This document shows, piece after piece, positions 1 through 14,500 of a stretch of DNA of 58,102 bases. The notes under the pieces were generated by a model. The model made no database searches and was not told the origin of the DNA. It saw nothing but the letters and a program-made list of their open reading frames with translations. Positions within the stretch are counted from its first letter, which is position 1, and each line of letters starts with the position of its first letter. The stretch is from Catajapyx aquilonaris. Taxonomy: Eukaryota. The DNA lies in contig JYFJ02002379.1 in the NCBI GenBank assembly GCA_000934665.2, forward strand, positions 1-58,102. The letters are read 5' to 3'. A program made the position numbers and the translations under genes.

Positions 1-1127
1 CTGCATAAATCTCAAGGATGAGTTCACATTGCATGAATAAAAACTGTTGAAAACCTTCCATTTTAACAAATCCGGCCATTTGCTTCATACGTCCAAAAAC
101 CTCGCATTTTAGACTAAGACTTTTTGTTTGAAAAGTTTTCGCACATTGTTAACTCGCTGACTTGTATCATTAGGCTTAATTAGAAACATATGTCAAATAT
201 GGTGAAAATGCATTATTTACTGCCATAAAATATCCCCAATTCCATCTACTACTTGTGGATCCTGCATTCCGAAAGCGACATAAAAGTGGGCGAAACCCGG
301 GGGGAAGAGACCACCAATTTGTGTTTGGCGAGAGCTTCTTGTCAACGTGTCAAAAGAGTTGAACCTTGAAGTGCTGTTAAGGGAGCACACCTTGATTTAA
401 TTTCCTCTCTCTATGGGGCCCTTAAAAAATCTTTTGTCTGATAAGATTCACAATTGCGAAAAGTTTTTACGATAAAAGTGTCCACAACTAAGTTGGAAAT
501 AATTCATAAAACCACCTCACAATAGTAAGGTAGACATGTAAAAAAAATTGTCACATATTGTAGGGTGCTCATAAACAAATTGACTATAAATGAGCCAGCT
601 ATTCGTGTATATGATATTTATCGAGTATTACGTACTAATGCTATTGCCAATATATCGGTATCAAAGAAACGAACTTTTTATGGTCAAACGGCTATCAAAA
701 ACATGGTAACAACTCAAACGATATACGATTTTAGGCTCTTGGCCATGCTATGAGCTTAACAAATCCATTTACTCAGTCATTATGCCGGTGTAAAAGAGAA
801 ATCGGTCGTAAAATAATATTATCGCGGGCCATCAGTCGCGTGGCTTTATCACTATATCCATCTAAACGAAGCATGATAACAGTACCCCCCCCCCCCCCCA
901 AGTCTGGATACAAAAAAACAATATCATTCGCATGAGGCTTGCAGGGTATGTGACCGCGACCACATTTTGACTGCAGCTCCCTTTTTTTGGACACCAAAAT
1001 TTCGGCCATAACCCCGAAACCCATCCCGTTATGTACACATGTGATATCAGCTGAATAAGCAAAAATCATAGCCAAGACCTCCACAGGGTGTACTATTTAA
1101 CTGTGGCTCTAAAATTCATATACTTGA

Positions 1128-1215
1128 AACTTGGCCGTATTTCAGATCTCACCACTTTTGACGGCCAAGCAGTCAGGAGAACTTGGCCTTTTTTTACAGA
1201 AAGGTTTTTGGTGGG
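1128..1215 (+). mobile_element. 5'-truncated copy of SINE family A
   Basis: aacttggccgtatttcagatctcaccacttttgacggccaagcagtcaggagaacttggcc...tttttggtggg, shared with the copies at 8553, 22636 and 26046. Confidence 0.8.
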
Positions 1216-1963
1216 TAAACAATTTACGCTTTAACAAAAATTGCAAATATCGATAACATCGAATGCCCGATATATTTAAAATACCGGTTTAATTTAATTT
1301 ATTTTCAAATACCGATTTTGTGTTTAGTGTATCGAAATATTACACATCCCTAACGGCCATGCGGCGTAACTAAAACTTGTTCCTTCTTTTTTTGTAGTTG
1401 GATAATTTTCCGATAAAGAATACTCTTCAGCATGGATGAGCCGTGCTTGGCTCGTCTGTTTTGAGCCGGCGGGGCTTCTCCTTAGGATGCTGGTAATTGG
1501 GTCCCTGTTTCATGGCGAACTAGCGCGTAAGTGGGCACTATAAGCGTAGGAAGCAGGCCTCATCGCGGAGAATCCATTCAATTTATCGGAAAGGAAACAC
1601 TCATTCCGCTTCCGCACACTGTCCTTGGGACCGTTTCGGCTTTGCGGGAATTTAACAAATGACTATGGGTTTCCCCAAACCCAGCTCATTACTTGGAGGC
1701 TACGACTCACTACCGGAGGAACTCTCTTTAGTTGACAAATTAGAGCTATTAATCTGGCCATTGTAATTGGTACGGTATCTAACACATTTGAAACTACAAG
1801 GATAACGAAGTTCAAATGAAAATTTTGCTCCTTAATAATGCAGTATCACAACAGTGCCTTATGTAAGGAGGCGATGATAAGACTGGTACAATCACCATAA
1901 ATTAAGTTCTAAATGAACAAGGCTGCCCTGGAAAACCTATAAAAATATCAACAGTGAATTTAC

Positions 1964-2012
1964 CTGCCAGAAGTCCAACGACCATCCGGAAGGCGTTGCA
2001 GCGAGTCTCCAT
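1964..2012 (-). CDS. Putative first coding exon (METRCNAFRMVVGLLA+G, signal-peptide-like) of a large minus-strand gene that continues off the left edge
   Basis: Minus strand: acceptor attttccttacag| opens an exon at 2159; Kozak-like gacgtcATGG with ATG at 2012; 16 codons +1 nt, then phase-1 donor CAG|gtaaat at 1964/1963. The hydrophobic end (MVVGLLA) suggests a split signal peptide. Product not identifiable. Confidence 0.55.
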
Positions 2013-5000
2013 GACGTCCTCTTCTATGCACTTTTTATTCAAGGAGTTTCATTATTCTCAATATACACAAGTTTCACCAACAATCACCAATCACCATCAC
2101 TTTTTGGCAACCACTTGAACATGAAGATCACAGGAACAACCACAGATGAATGTCCGACTCTGTAAGGAAAATACAAAAACATTTTAAAAATCAACAAAGC
2201 AATCTACGATGTGCTATGTGTACTAACTACATACCATAATTTCAAATTCGAGTACATTGGCTCATTCATAATCCTCATCAGATTTCACGTCATTATTCGT
2301 TATGAAACTGCTAAAATGTTAATCATATGCAGCAAAAAAAAAAAAAAAAGTTATGCAGTGAGAGTGTTAATGACTGATTTGCCTCCCCTGCAAAAAAAAA
2401 AAAAACAAAAAAAAAAAAAACAAAAAAAAAAAAGTTTGCGAGATTTGCCATGTCTTGTTCCTCTCGTGTGTGAACCGGAGCGGAAGAGTGATGGAAGTGC
2501 ACTGGGTGAAGGGGGACATATATAGGCAAGCGATTTGAATAAATCCGACGGCTGTCATGCGAATGATTTGACGTCTGGGCCCAAGGATTGACGTGCAGCA
2601 CCAATACACTTCCTCTATCGCAGGTAAAAATATGCAGGTACAAGGTAACGATTTGTTCTTTTTTATTGAAATCATTGCGATTGTTGCGCATTTGCTGTAA
2701 ATACATTTTTGACACTCTATCACTTTCAAATTATACTGTATCTGAATATTTTTCCATTCTGTGTTTTAATAAAAAATTTCTGGGATTTGACAGTCAGGCA
2801 AAATATATTGCACTGGTTATTTTAGAACATAAACACTGCACATTTCACTGCATAAAATATGTTCTCGGCTTCGATTTTTATAGGTTTAATATGTATGGCC
2901 ACCATATCATATTCAAAAAACTGAGCACACATCCATTCAAAATTAACGTGTCAATAATATATTTTTGAACTCATTTTTTAATATTTCAATTTTAAAATTA
3001 ATATCATCAACTTACTGGTTAGTCGAATAAAAATTATATTGTGGAAACATATGCTCCAGAAGCTCTTGAATGATTATGCAATATTGGCGTCCAGAATACG
3101 AAACCCGTGCGAACTAGCCAATATACACATTGATTGCACACCGGATGTCATTATGAGGCAATGTTCATTAAAAGTTGGCACCTGGTAGGTAAACCCAGCC
3201 GACGCCTATCGTATAGCCCCCAAAATGAACGGATATCGAAAGGAAAGCAAATTTACCCCCGCCTATTTCATCATGTCTACAAACCAAACACTAAAAAAAA
3301 CTATGCACTGTACAGTATTCCCCAGGTATTGATTACCTGTTGAACCCCACCCCCCACCCCACAATGCAATCCTTTCATTACGATGTGTTTTGCAGAGTAT
3401 GATGCACAAAGGATCATCTAAAAAATATATGCCCCTCACACGTCACTTAAACCACATCGTACCTCTTGTTTTCATAGACATTCGTAGCGCACGCGGTGAC
3501 AAAATCAACACTCGTTTGCAGAGATCAAAAGGCAGGGGNGGGGGGGGGGGGGCACCAACGCAGCCATGCATTACAATGATAGGAATTAGCAGGAGCCAGT
3601 GTGATTTACACTCGGGACAATGTGTTCATTGCGAGTAAATTTATTCCCTCCCGAGAGTTGTCCTATTGATTTGGTAACGTTGGTTGACGTAAGAGGGCGT
3701 AACAATAAAAGATGGCCGTCCTCATTTTAAACCTAACCATGCCCTGATTGGCTCGCTTCCGAATATTCTGACTCGTACCTCTAAATCCCCCTTTAGACCT
3801 TTCATTCGCTTTCAAAATAATTTCCTTTGGCTGTGCTCCCAAACACATGAAACCTTTGCTGACAAAGAGGGGAAGTCCCTGATCAAAACCCAGCTTAAAT
3901 TAGGGTTGATAATAAGTCTAATTGTATAAAGCAATTAGATTGGTCCTAATGATCGGATTTTTGAGGGACTTATTTGTGATGAATTGTTGGTTTTGGTCTG
4001 GATCCACCAATGATTACAATACTTCTATCATACTAAAATCCTTTCGGTGTTACCGAGCCCTCTGATTGGTCCGCCGCATATTGTTACCGCCACCTCTCCA
4101 TTTTTATTTTTTAATATGTTTTACACCGTGATAGGCCTGCATAGGCCCTGTTGGGGGGTAGTACACCATCATCAATTTTCTTGTAGCATTTTAAAATGGA
4201 GATGTGTATTTATAGACCATATACGTCATCAAAGTTTCCATGGGAATATTCTCATAGAACAATATGAGTAAACAGTGTCAACAAAACAATGTAAGAAACG
4301 ATGATTGGTTTTCCGCACTATAGTAGCTACCCATGTTAGCTCATAACAAAATTTCATTAAGCACAGTTCATTTGCACCCACTCATATGTGTACATTTCAA
4401 TTTATGATGCGACGAAATCTAACAAGCATTTTATAATTCCTGATCTCTGGCTCGATTCCAAAACTAGACATTTGCATTAGCGATGAAAAAATATCGCATG
4501 CAACACCCCTTCAACCTATACCCTCCCCAACTAGTATGTCAATAAATATCCAGCCGGACATCAATTATTCAACAGCTTACTTCCGATCCATGTTGACACA
4601 TCAGAAGTTGAGCTCCCAGTTTGTGAATAATTTCTCTGCTCCACCGAAACAAGGGAGTAGTTTGTACAACAACCTACAAATCCTGTGGGGGGAAAAATAA
4701 AGTTCAGAAAAATAATCGCGCTAACTGGTATAACTCCTAGTAATTGCACTGCTTTTCTGTATTTGCATTTCAACGTTAGTGCCGACAGCGAAAATGAATA
4801 AATTACCCCAACATGGATCTAGGAAAGAAAAGCTCACGCAATTTTCCAATAGCCAATTACTCCTCAACTTGGTGTAATGATAGGAGGTCGTGCACGCTCA
4901 AACTTTTCCCGCCCTTAAAAAAAAAAGAAAGGCAGGGGGGGGGGGGGNNNNGGGGGGGGGGGGGGGGCTATCCTCCTCCTAACCCCCTCTGAAAAAAATT

Positions 5001-5496
5001 AATAACAAGCGAGCCTTTGCATGCAGGCTGCTCTCTGCAGCTCCTTGCGGGAGAAATAAAAGGGGAGGAAATATGATTAGCCGCTTGGCTTGGCCTGCAC
5101 ATGGAAACATGCGACACCTGACGCAGATATTACCCGCCGCTACGTTCAACCTGCCTCAAATAATGAAAAACGTGTTCATCAAAAGCGTTACTTTGCGATT
5201 TTCCGGGGTTGGACTTGTGGGGAAGAAAGTTTCCGGCAATGTCTGTCAAAGTTTGTTCTTGGCTTTATTTGCGTGCATGGGCTAAAATTACATGCAAGTA
5301 AGACGTTACAATAGGGGTCAACCCATTTAACACTATAGGAACTTGATATGTGACAATGGCGCAGCCGGTGGGATCACGGATGACAAATATTTTTCACGAT
5401 TTTTGTACGTACTGCACTGTGTTTGATATATCAATAAATCATTGTGTTTCATATTGAATTTGATATACTCCAAATACTTACCTCCCAAACTTCAGC

Positions 5497-5878
5497 AGGT
5501 AATTTTATGTTCAGAAGGTAATTTTATGTTCAGAAGGTAATTTTATGTTCAGAAGGTAATTTTATGTTCAGAAGGTAATTTCATGTTTAGAAGGTAATTT
5601 CATGTTTAGAAGGTAACTTCATGGTTAGAAGGTAATTTCATGTTCAGAAGGTAATTTTATGTTCAGAAGGTAATTTTATGTTCAGAAGGTAATTTCATGT
5701 TTAGAAGGTAATTTCATGTTTAGAAGGTAACTTCATGGTTAGAAGGTAATTTCATGTTCAGAAGGTAATTTTATGTTCAGAAGGTAATTTTATGTTCAGA
5801 AGGTAATTTTATGTTCAGAAGGCGTCAGAAGGTAATTTCATGTTTAAAGGTAATTTCATGTTCAGAAGGTAATTTTAT
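5497..5878 (+). repeat. 19-bp minisatellite (AGGTAATTTTATGTTCAGA) x ~20 with a 114-bp higher-order duplication
   Basis: Period 19 read directly; the variant pattern starting at 5581 recurs at 5695. Confidence 0.95.
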
Positions 5879-7471
5879 GGTGTCCTTATGCTCCCTGAAG
5901 CCTGCAGAAAAATCAGGCTTCAAGGCATATGCAAAAAGTAATAAATAGATTAAATGCCTGTTTATTAGCCTGCTTTTACCTACCAAATCCACTTTAATAT
6001 TTAATATTAGTAGGTAAAATGTGAGTAGGTTTGGTGTGAATGTGATTGCACTTTTTTTGTAGCACTATTAACTTTGTGTCCAAAACCCATTACAAGTTAA
6101 CAAGCTATAAAATAATAGAGATGAAATGCGTAAACAGCTGCTCATGCCACACAAAAAACTCTCATAATCCCAGTGTGTATCAAGCGACACGGCCTGACAC
6201 AGAAGGTGTCGCATCTGCCACCATAAAGCTTTCAAAAGCCGCCAAATTACCTTGGCGTTTCGCAAGCCCGCACGACTGCTTCCGTAGAGTGGACAAAATT
6301 GCCCTCATTAATTCCTAGAGTTGATATAGTAAACAAAAAAAGAAAGAAAGAGACGGGGGTTCTAGTCTTTTTAAAAAAACCTGGGCGGCATTTTGTTCAA
6401 TCCAGGTTTCCGAAATTAATGGTAAGGAGTAAACTTTCCATTAAGTCATAAAGGAGCGAACGGGGGATTATAGCCTAGGAGCAATTACTAGGGTGAAATA
6501 TAAGAGAAATTCCAAGCCCAATTTTGGACCGGTATTGCATTTTCATGCATCCTTTTTCGCGAAAAATGTGGAACGTTAAAATTTTTTTTAAAGATAATCC
6601 CCAAGGCAAGCCAATTCATCCTGATTGTCAAAAACTTGTCGCAAACCTCACTTTCCTTTCCTTTGCCATCAAACAGAGCCTCCACTCGGCAAACATGCCA
6701 ACCGAAGGGCTTTACCGTACCTCTTTTCTCCCAAACATCCGTCGAAAATATTTCCCCTAAGAATTTGCATGGCGAAGGCGACGACTTTCCCGCGCTTTTT
6801 TCTCTTTTTTTTTCAAAAAAAAAAAAAAAACCGTTGGGGGAAAAAAAGTTTTTGCTCCGTCACCCTGAATTATAATGTGCAAACTTGAGAAACTTGGGAG
6901 GAAACATGAAAGTTGAAGTAAGAAAAAAAAAAATGGAGGAGTATAATTAGTTCGTGTGTACAGGCCTCTAGCAGATGGTAGTGTCACCGATGGGAATTCT
7001 GATTTATGCATAGTCACGTCAAATTCTAGGGGTTGTATACAGCATAAAAATTACTGGGTACTATTGTCGTCTACAAAAAAAATAGGCTACAAACGAGCAT
7101 TTCGATTCTGGACACCGCCAATTACGGCGCGTGCTCTTTTCACAGCGTTGTCAGGAGAACGTATATAGACCATTTTTACTGATGAGCCGCATTGCCAGTT
7201 TTGCGCAGCTCTCTGCAAAGACCTAGTTACCAAAAAAAAAAAAAGTGCGCAACATGCAATTTTGGATTGTTTCGATTCGAATGAATGTGTCTGGAATATC
7301 GATTTATATGGTCTGTAAAGCCTTAATTAAACATTCAGTGCACTTCTAATAACGTTCCGAAACATTCGCAATACCAAAACGTTGATGTACAATCTGTCTC
7401 AATAAGTTTTGGCCATATCCTGATCTTGAAGCAGCCCTTCACACACTCTTAACCATTTACCTTCTCTAGAG

Positions 7472-7702
7472 AGGGCAAGAAAGTGGCCTTTTTTTACCTT
7501 ACATTGTAGGGTAAATATTCTTGGGTAAATTGATTCTAAGGTAAATTTTGCATGTATTACCTTAGAAAATAGAGGGTAAAAAGAGAGGCCCTTTTTACCC
7601 TCTATTTTCTAAGGTAATACATGCAAAATTTACCTTAGAATCAATTTACCCAAGAATATTTACCCTACAATGTAAGGTAAAAAAAGGCCACTTTCTTGCC
7701 CT
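7472..7702. repeat. Perfect palindrome, 112-bp arms and 7-nt spacer
   Basis: 7472-7583 is the reverse complement of 7591-7702; spacer agaggcc; N at 7703. Confidence 0.95.
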
Positions 7703-8552
7703 NATTCTACTGCATGAAGACATCTTTGTTGTAACCCCATTCACTTCAGTCATACTACTGAAATATTGACATGATTTGTTACAAAGTACAATGTCGTGCT
7801 CCAGATATATCACACCCACACATTACCAGTGGTCAGGGACTCCAATTGATCAGACCTCGTACTTCCCCAAATTGCGTGACAAAAATCGGATCAAAATGCA
7901 TTGTGGTTGGTAGCATGATTGACCAATAGTAATGAAGTTGTCTTGTGACAATGTAGCCACAAAAAAAAAACTCAGAATGGACCATGGGGGGAAGGAGGGG
8001 GGAAAAAATGAACCAAAGAATCGATTGTGAACACCAATGGTGCTTGACGATTTCGTCTCTCGCCTTCCATTTATTGGACACATTTTTTTGAGGATTTGAT
8101 CCCGTAAAATATGATTCAAGAGTGCATGAAAGTGTGAACATTGGTAAGAGGGACTAGTGTCCTTCCTATTTTTTTTTCCTATGGGATATTTTGTGGTGAT
8201 TACTGGCCCAAACCTTGGCCCAGGCTAAAGAAAAGCAGACGATATTGAGCGTCTGAAGCAGTCGATATGCCCTTCGAGAAATAAACGGTCCACGTGCCCC
8301 TTTTGGTCTCTTTTCTTCTCTTTTTTTTTTGCGACCACGGACAATCGGTGAGTTCTGCGGAACGTTTTTGATCTCTACTATTGTCCCATGTCACACAAGC
8401 AGAGAGAAAGAGAGGTGGAAATATCGTGTGGATTTAACATTACAGCCCTAACCTTCTGAATGTTACCAGACGTGCAGAGCAACTTTTGACTTATGTTATA
8501 CATGCTAATTTTTATTTACCTGACGCACCTGACGTTCTACATATGTTCGATT

Positions 8553-8685
8553 AGGTTGAAGAAGTTGAGAATGCCAGTAACTGACTACGACGTTGAACTT
8601 GGCCGTATTTCAGATCTCACCACTTTTGACGGCCAAGCAGTCAGGAGAACTTGGCCTTTTTTTTTACAGAAAGGTTTTTGGTGGG
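8553..8685 (+). mobile_element. 5'-truncated copy of SINE family A with a 45-bp flanking direct repeat
   Basis: Matches ~26002-26133. Direct repeats at 8508-8552 and 8686-8730 (1 mismatch). Confidence 0.85.
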
Positions 8686-9612
8686 ATTTTTATTTACCTG
8701 ACGCACCTGACGTTCTACATATGCTCGATTTTTAGTTATGTCAATAATTAGTTGCTTATAATATTTTAAAATTGTACAATAAATAATTGCTATAAAATGA
8801 ATAGTTCTTATGTAATAAATTGAATGTTTGCCGCAATATTTGCCTCTTTAAATGATATGCTTAATTGACCATTCCAACATTTATCAGTTTAAGCATTCCT
8901 ATTTATAATGGAGTACGTGGCATTTTACCCTAGTCTTACTAACCGTGATCTGGCCACACTGGCCATCCTGTGGAAAAGGGTTCCCAGTGGTGGGCTTAGG
9001 AGATTTGCAGATTGAATTAGAGCGGGTGATAGGAAAATATATGCGACGAGCTTAATAGGGTACTGAGGACGGTCCGAAAAACACGAGTTATGTTTTATGA
9101 AGGGGTAGTGCCTCCTGAAAGCTTTGGGAGTTTCCGGTAGCAGTCTCTGCCGCCATCCATCACTATGCTAATGTTTTCATGTCGAGTCTAATCCCGTAGG
9201 TATGTGACTTTCCACCCACTCCTCCTTTCCCCACTCTCACTCTCGTAACCATTCCCTAACCCTTGCTGAAAACCGACCTGTCGTTTCAGCCTGCTAATTA
9301 CCTCACATGAAATATAAATAAGCGGTCTTTTTACAATCTGAAGCAAGATTTAAATCAGGGGATCATTAAAATTTCACTGTGCCCCTTTAAATGTTTGGAA
9401 TTTACGCTTCAAGTGTAAAAATTAAAGTCGAGTCATGAAGGGCAGATATGACGCATTATGTGGAGTGTAGGGTTTTTATTTTTTAATGTGTGGCAATTTC
9501 AACAACACTTGAGCGCGAATGACCTCGTAAGGCGGACAGATTACAACCGTCCTAATGTAGTTTTAAGTACGTAAAATTACGCCTAGTGTCATATCATATA
9601 TTCTCAAGGGCT

Positions 9613-9721
9613 GTAAGGTAAGGTAAGGTAAGGTTTGGTAAGCTTATAAGGTAAGGTAAGGTAAGGCTTGTAAGGTAGCTTATAATGTAAGGTAAGGCTT
9701 ATAAGGTAGCTTGTAAGGTAA
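9613..9721 (+). repeat. Degenerate (TAAGG)n array
   Basis: taaggtaaggtaaggtaagg...gcttataaggtaaggtaaggtaagg... Confidence 0.9.
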
Positions 9722-11334
9722 CAAAACAACTGCCCATCTGATCCTATAACCTGCGAACACATCCTGACCAGATTAACTGTTCCCAAGTTCTTTAGTTATA
9801 AATTATTGATCCTTCTACCCTAAAAGGAGATGTTTTGCTGGCGAGTGGAGCCTTCAGGGAGCATTTCTCTTAAAGACTAGGTGGGTGGTGCTGTTCCACC
9901 CCCTTCCAAATGCATGGACCAAGATGGAGCCTCAGATGTCCTCCATCTTGAACCTCCCAACCGTACACTCAAGATTAAGTCTGCAGCATCTTTGTTTCCG
10001 CTATGTCTCTTATACATTTTTTTTTTTTTTCCTTTCGTTCCCTTTCCATTTCTGAAGGCGCCTTGTTGAGTGTAGTGAGCGTGAGGTGGGTGGAGGCACA
10101 TTGGATGCGAGCTCGCCTTCTTGTTTCTGGCCTCATATCTCGCCATTTCTGTCACGGAGTCGGGGGTAGCATAACAACAACCAGGGGTTTGCAACGTTGG
10201 ATGAATCCAGGGGAAGCAAGAATAGGGTAGCTTGCAAAAAGTTGGAAGGAAAAAAAAAAAAGGGTCCAATCATCAAACCCTTCAATTCCTTCCTAGTTCC
10301 AAACCGCTGTATCCGCGTTTTTTATTTGCCTCCCATTTCTAGCCCCCTCACCTACTATTTTTTACAAGGGGTAAGGGGGCGTTTCCAGTTGACCGAATTA
10401 TTAAATGAGGCGATCAGAAAGATGCTGGCTCCACTATAACGGTTTCCTATATGCGTGATTTATAGCTGCCCCTATAGACTCGACCTTTTCAAAATGTTAT
10501 CAACAACATGAAGTTTGTTTGAACTTATACACACGCATTTATTAAATTATTATTATTGTTGGGGGGGGGGGGGGGGGGGGGNGGAGTACAGTCCACTAAG
10601 TCCTCATAAAAAGGGCCACTTATACGGATCCTTTTATATATACTTGGATTCTTCAGATCCCATGTTCATGACGATTAATCAGAGGGGATTTTTTTTGGGA
10701 GCTTCCAGGAAAAGGGCGGATTTTTGTCGACATAACTGCATATAAATAAGGGTCTGGGGTCATCATGTCGAGAGCGACATTTTCTCTAAGAAATGCAATC
10801 CTGGCGGAAGAAAATGCATTACTCAATTTTTTTTCCACAACCTTTTTCCCCTCCTTTCCTTTTCCAGTCCCTACTCTTCCATTTTCAAACCCGTTTAAAG
10901 TCCTTACAAGTACCAGAGGCCCGGAAAGGACTATTGTCTGCTAAAACGCGACCATATGTCTTCCAAATCGTACTACGAATCCTAGGTCTCCCCCCTCCTT
11001 TCCTCTCCATCTTTTCACCAGGAGAAGGCTATGTGTACGTATAATAGGATCGATGTTTCAGCAAAGAAACCCTCTTTGCCAGATAATTGGTACACGCAAT
11101 TGATGCAGTACATTTTGATCCACTTTACAGGCAAAAGGGAAATAAGAAAAGAATTAGCTCGCTCTTGCTTCTAATCCTTTCAGTGGAAATATATCAACAT
11201 CAGAATGAGAATCTGTTTGTGTTTTGGCAAAGGCTTACAGTATAACTACTGAGGAGTTCAGATCACAGCAGTGCAGCTTATTTGCAACTCAATGTAGATA
11301 TTCTAGCGACTAACATCTTCAGACTGTGGCATGA

Positions 11335-11542
11335 AATTTATTTATCGTGAATATAATTTATTCAAAAATTTATTTATTGTGAATATAATTTATTCAAAAA
11401 TTTATTTATTGTGAATATAATATATTTATTCAAAAATTTATTTATTGTGAATATTATTTATTCAAAAATTTATTTATTGTGAATATAATTTATTCAAAAA
11501 CTTATTTATCGTGAATATAATTTATTCAAACATTTATTTATC
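11335..11542. repeat. 32-bp AT-rich minisatellite, ~6 copies
   Basis: Unit aatttatttattgtgaatataatttattcaaa; tttatYgtga recurs at 11341, 11373 and 11405. Confidence 0.92.
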
Positions 11543-14500
11543 GATATGGTAACACTGCAAAAATCAATCTATAATTTTATCAAAAGCACACCATCAGCAT
11601 AGATAAGATGATGCAAAGGCCTCCCTGAGTTCCGCGAATAGGATCACTTCCCTAAGTACATAAAGTACACCTGTAGCCGATTTCCTTTGTTTTCCTTTCC
11701 ATCTCAGTAACCCAGGCCTATCTGCTATAATCCCCTCCTGTATTTTTCCTGCCTCGTTTCCAGGGTATTTTTGTAGACGAATTAAACCGCTGCAGCCTCC
11801 CACTTGAAAGGGCCCCACACAGATACGTAAGGTAAGATATAACTCAACCACGGTTCAACATAAGACGAGACAGCGGGAGACTGCAAGGGGATAAATTGCA
11901 GCCCTTTCTTCAAAGTTTACGCTCAACAGAAAAGACGACGGGGGATTAAACTTCCAATTCAACAGGCATATTGCTTGGATGGGCAGTTTTATTTGCTTCG
12001 AATTTGAATCCCTGTTTGGGGATCCTTAAAAGGAATGGAGCATATACAATGAGCAAGGGCTTTGGGAATAGTTGGGTAAATATTGCGCATGACTGAACTT
12101 CAGTCAACTAAAAGAAAATAATTGTTCACAACAGTTTGCTTCTAAATAATTTTATTTACTAACAGGTTGAATTTATAATTAATAAAGAAGGTCAAAATGC
12201 TGGATAGAATAGGAGAAACCTCAAGTGTATATTATGGAGCTCTTGAGGTTTCTTCTGCCCTTTCCGTTCACCAGCTTTAGGTATGTCCCCAGCTGTTGCC
12301 CAAAAAATTCCGCTATCTTGAATTCTCCACTTTGGAAATTACATATTTTGATATCGAATTCAAACTCGCCGAGTTTGAAAACCCAAAAATGTCGCATTTT
12401 TATGCCAGTTCCATTTCTAGAAGTTCGGCCAAGTTTAGCCTCGCTTCGGCCCCAGTGTTCCATTCCATTCTCAAATAGCTTCCAACCCTCAATAAAGTAG
12501 CGTGTCGTACTACTCGGCAAAAGCTCAGAGCACGGAATATTAATCCTTCTACAGTATATACAGCCACGTCGACATGGGGAAATATCACTTCCCTGTACCA
12601 CCCGCTCCACGCTGCATCTTGATAGATTTTAAGAATTCTGGGCATTTATAAATCATAATATATCAGTTGGATAAAAGGCTTGACAAAGAAATACGAACTG
12701 ACATCATAATATGGTTGTTGTTTTTTCATGGGTGTAATTATGTCTGCATTACAAAATACAGCTGTTGTGCGGAGTGTAGATTACGGCATTGCCATGGGGG
12801 CTTTCAGTTCCCTGGCACTGTATTCTTACAGCCAACATGAGAAACAACTACGTTCAGCCAGCATGTAGTTTTTAATTAGATAAAATAATACAATCAGCAA
12901 CTGTACTTGCTCCCTGTAAACATTATTCGTTTGGTGTAAAAATAGCGCATTTACAGTTGAATATGTGTTTCGAGTTCACATCTTCCACATTCTTGTTATT
13001 TAGTTTTAAACTGCATTATTGCTTTAGTCAAAAACATTTTGTTCTACCATAATATAACCTTATTTTTCAGAATGTAAATTTTTTGTGTTCTATATGTGGC
13101 TTTTATTAGTGGTTTTCCATAATAATGTGGTTGATGAAAGCAATTAGTAGTTTGAAACCAAATAATAATGACATGGCTTTAACTCAAATTATAGACAATT
13201 AAACTGATCGATATTTTGTTGGGACGTGGTTTTTTCAAGTATTGCATATCACACATTATAGTTCAACACCATTAATATGATGAATATAATGAATTATGTA
13301 GCTCGTACAGTGTAAGTTCCCACGATGTTTTAATACATTGGCTTCATGCAGCAAAATGGAAAAAATTTCCACTCCTTCGTTGTGATTTTACCACTGCCCG
13401 TCCACCTATATTGTCCATTCATAAAATAATTGCAATAAATTACATCGAATTTATCCATATTACCACTCCGAGTACCACTCCGTCAATCGATTATTACTGT
13501 ATTTATAATTCAGATGGTGCTCCAATTAACTTGCAATAGAGTGGTCCTGTAAGTATGAGGAGTATTAATTTATGTAGTTGTATTCGTGAAATATTAATCG
13601 CATTGTCGATCAGTATGAATCCCTCTAGGGGTCATAACACGACTTGATATGCAATTCCCCAACGCAATCAATTTGGTCACTGAATGCTAGTAAATCATTG
13701 CACACACTCTAAAAAAATATCTTAATTAGTCTCGGCCGCACTGCACTGGCATAAAAATAATTTGCAAAATGCTATAATTTCCTCGACGCTGCTTTAGGCG
13801 ACCTTGACTTGACCGAGGTTCCTATCCCAAATATGTACTTTGCAGGCTGAAAATGAGGCCTTGCTCCAGGAACCTTCCTGCAAACAAAGCGTTCGCAATT
13901 CATGAGGCACATCTCCCAAAGGAGAGGAATCCTGCTAAGATCAGGCAAAGCGGGTTGCACCGAGAGGCAGCAAGCATTTCATCAGTCTAACAACAACTAA
14001 CGAGGAGAATCTCCCTGGAATGAGTCACATGTGTCAGGAGCGGATGCATCTCATTTTGGGATGGTACGTGACGCCAACACTTGGCGGCGCAGCGAGATTT
14101 ACAGTTGAGGCCCACGTGCCTGAGCATTAACCCTTTCGAGGTTGGTAATTTAAGAAGAGGCAAAAAATGTGGCATATGGCTCATCAAGAGCACCGTATGT
14201 TACGCCAGACTGGGCTAAAAAGCTTCCTTTTGCTTGCACAGTTAATGGATCCGTGTTGTCAAGGCGGTAAATAATTATGTTGTGGGCATTTCTCACTCCA
14301 TTAACGTCTAAATGCACAGGTAGGCACTCTTTTGCTGGTTTATGGCCATATTTGCATCAGAGGCCCTCCACTAAAATTCGCTTACTAGGCAGTTGGATTA
14401 CTTATGCATGTGCGCTGCCTGACTAAAATATTGGGTTCAACCCCCCCAGAATTGGACTGCGTTTGCAAATGTATGCAAACAAGAGGTACTCTGCGGACAT

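Noticed and set aside
1..424. Kolobok-like transposon end (ggggccc-TTAA); similar ends at ~9390 and ~27526
   Set aside because: No matching partner TIR could be identified within the window.
2211..2729. Lys/Phe-rich ORFs
   Set aside because: Artefacts of poly-A runs at 2334-2433.
5474..5483. U1 snRNA gene start (ATACTTACCT)
   Set aside because: Only 10 nt match; the downstream sequence is not U1.
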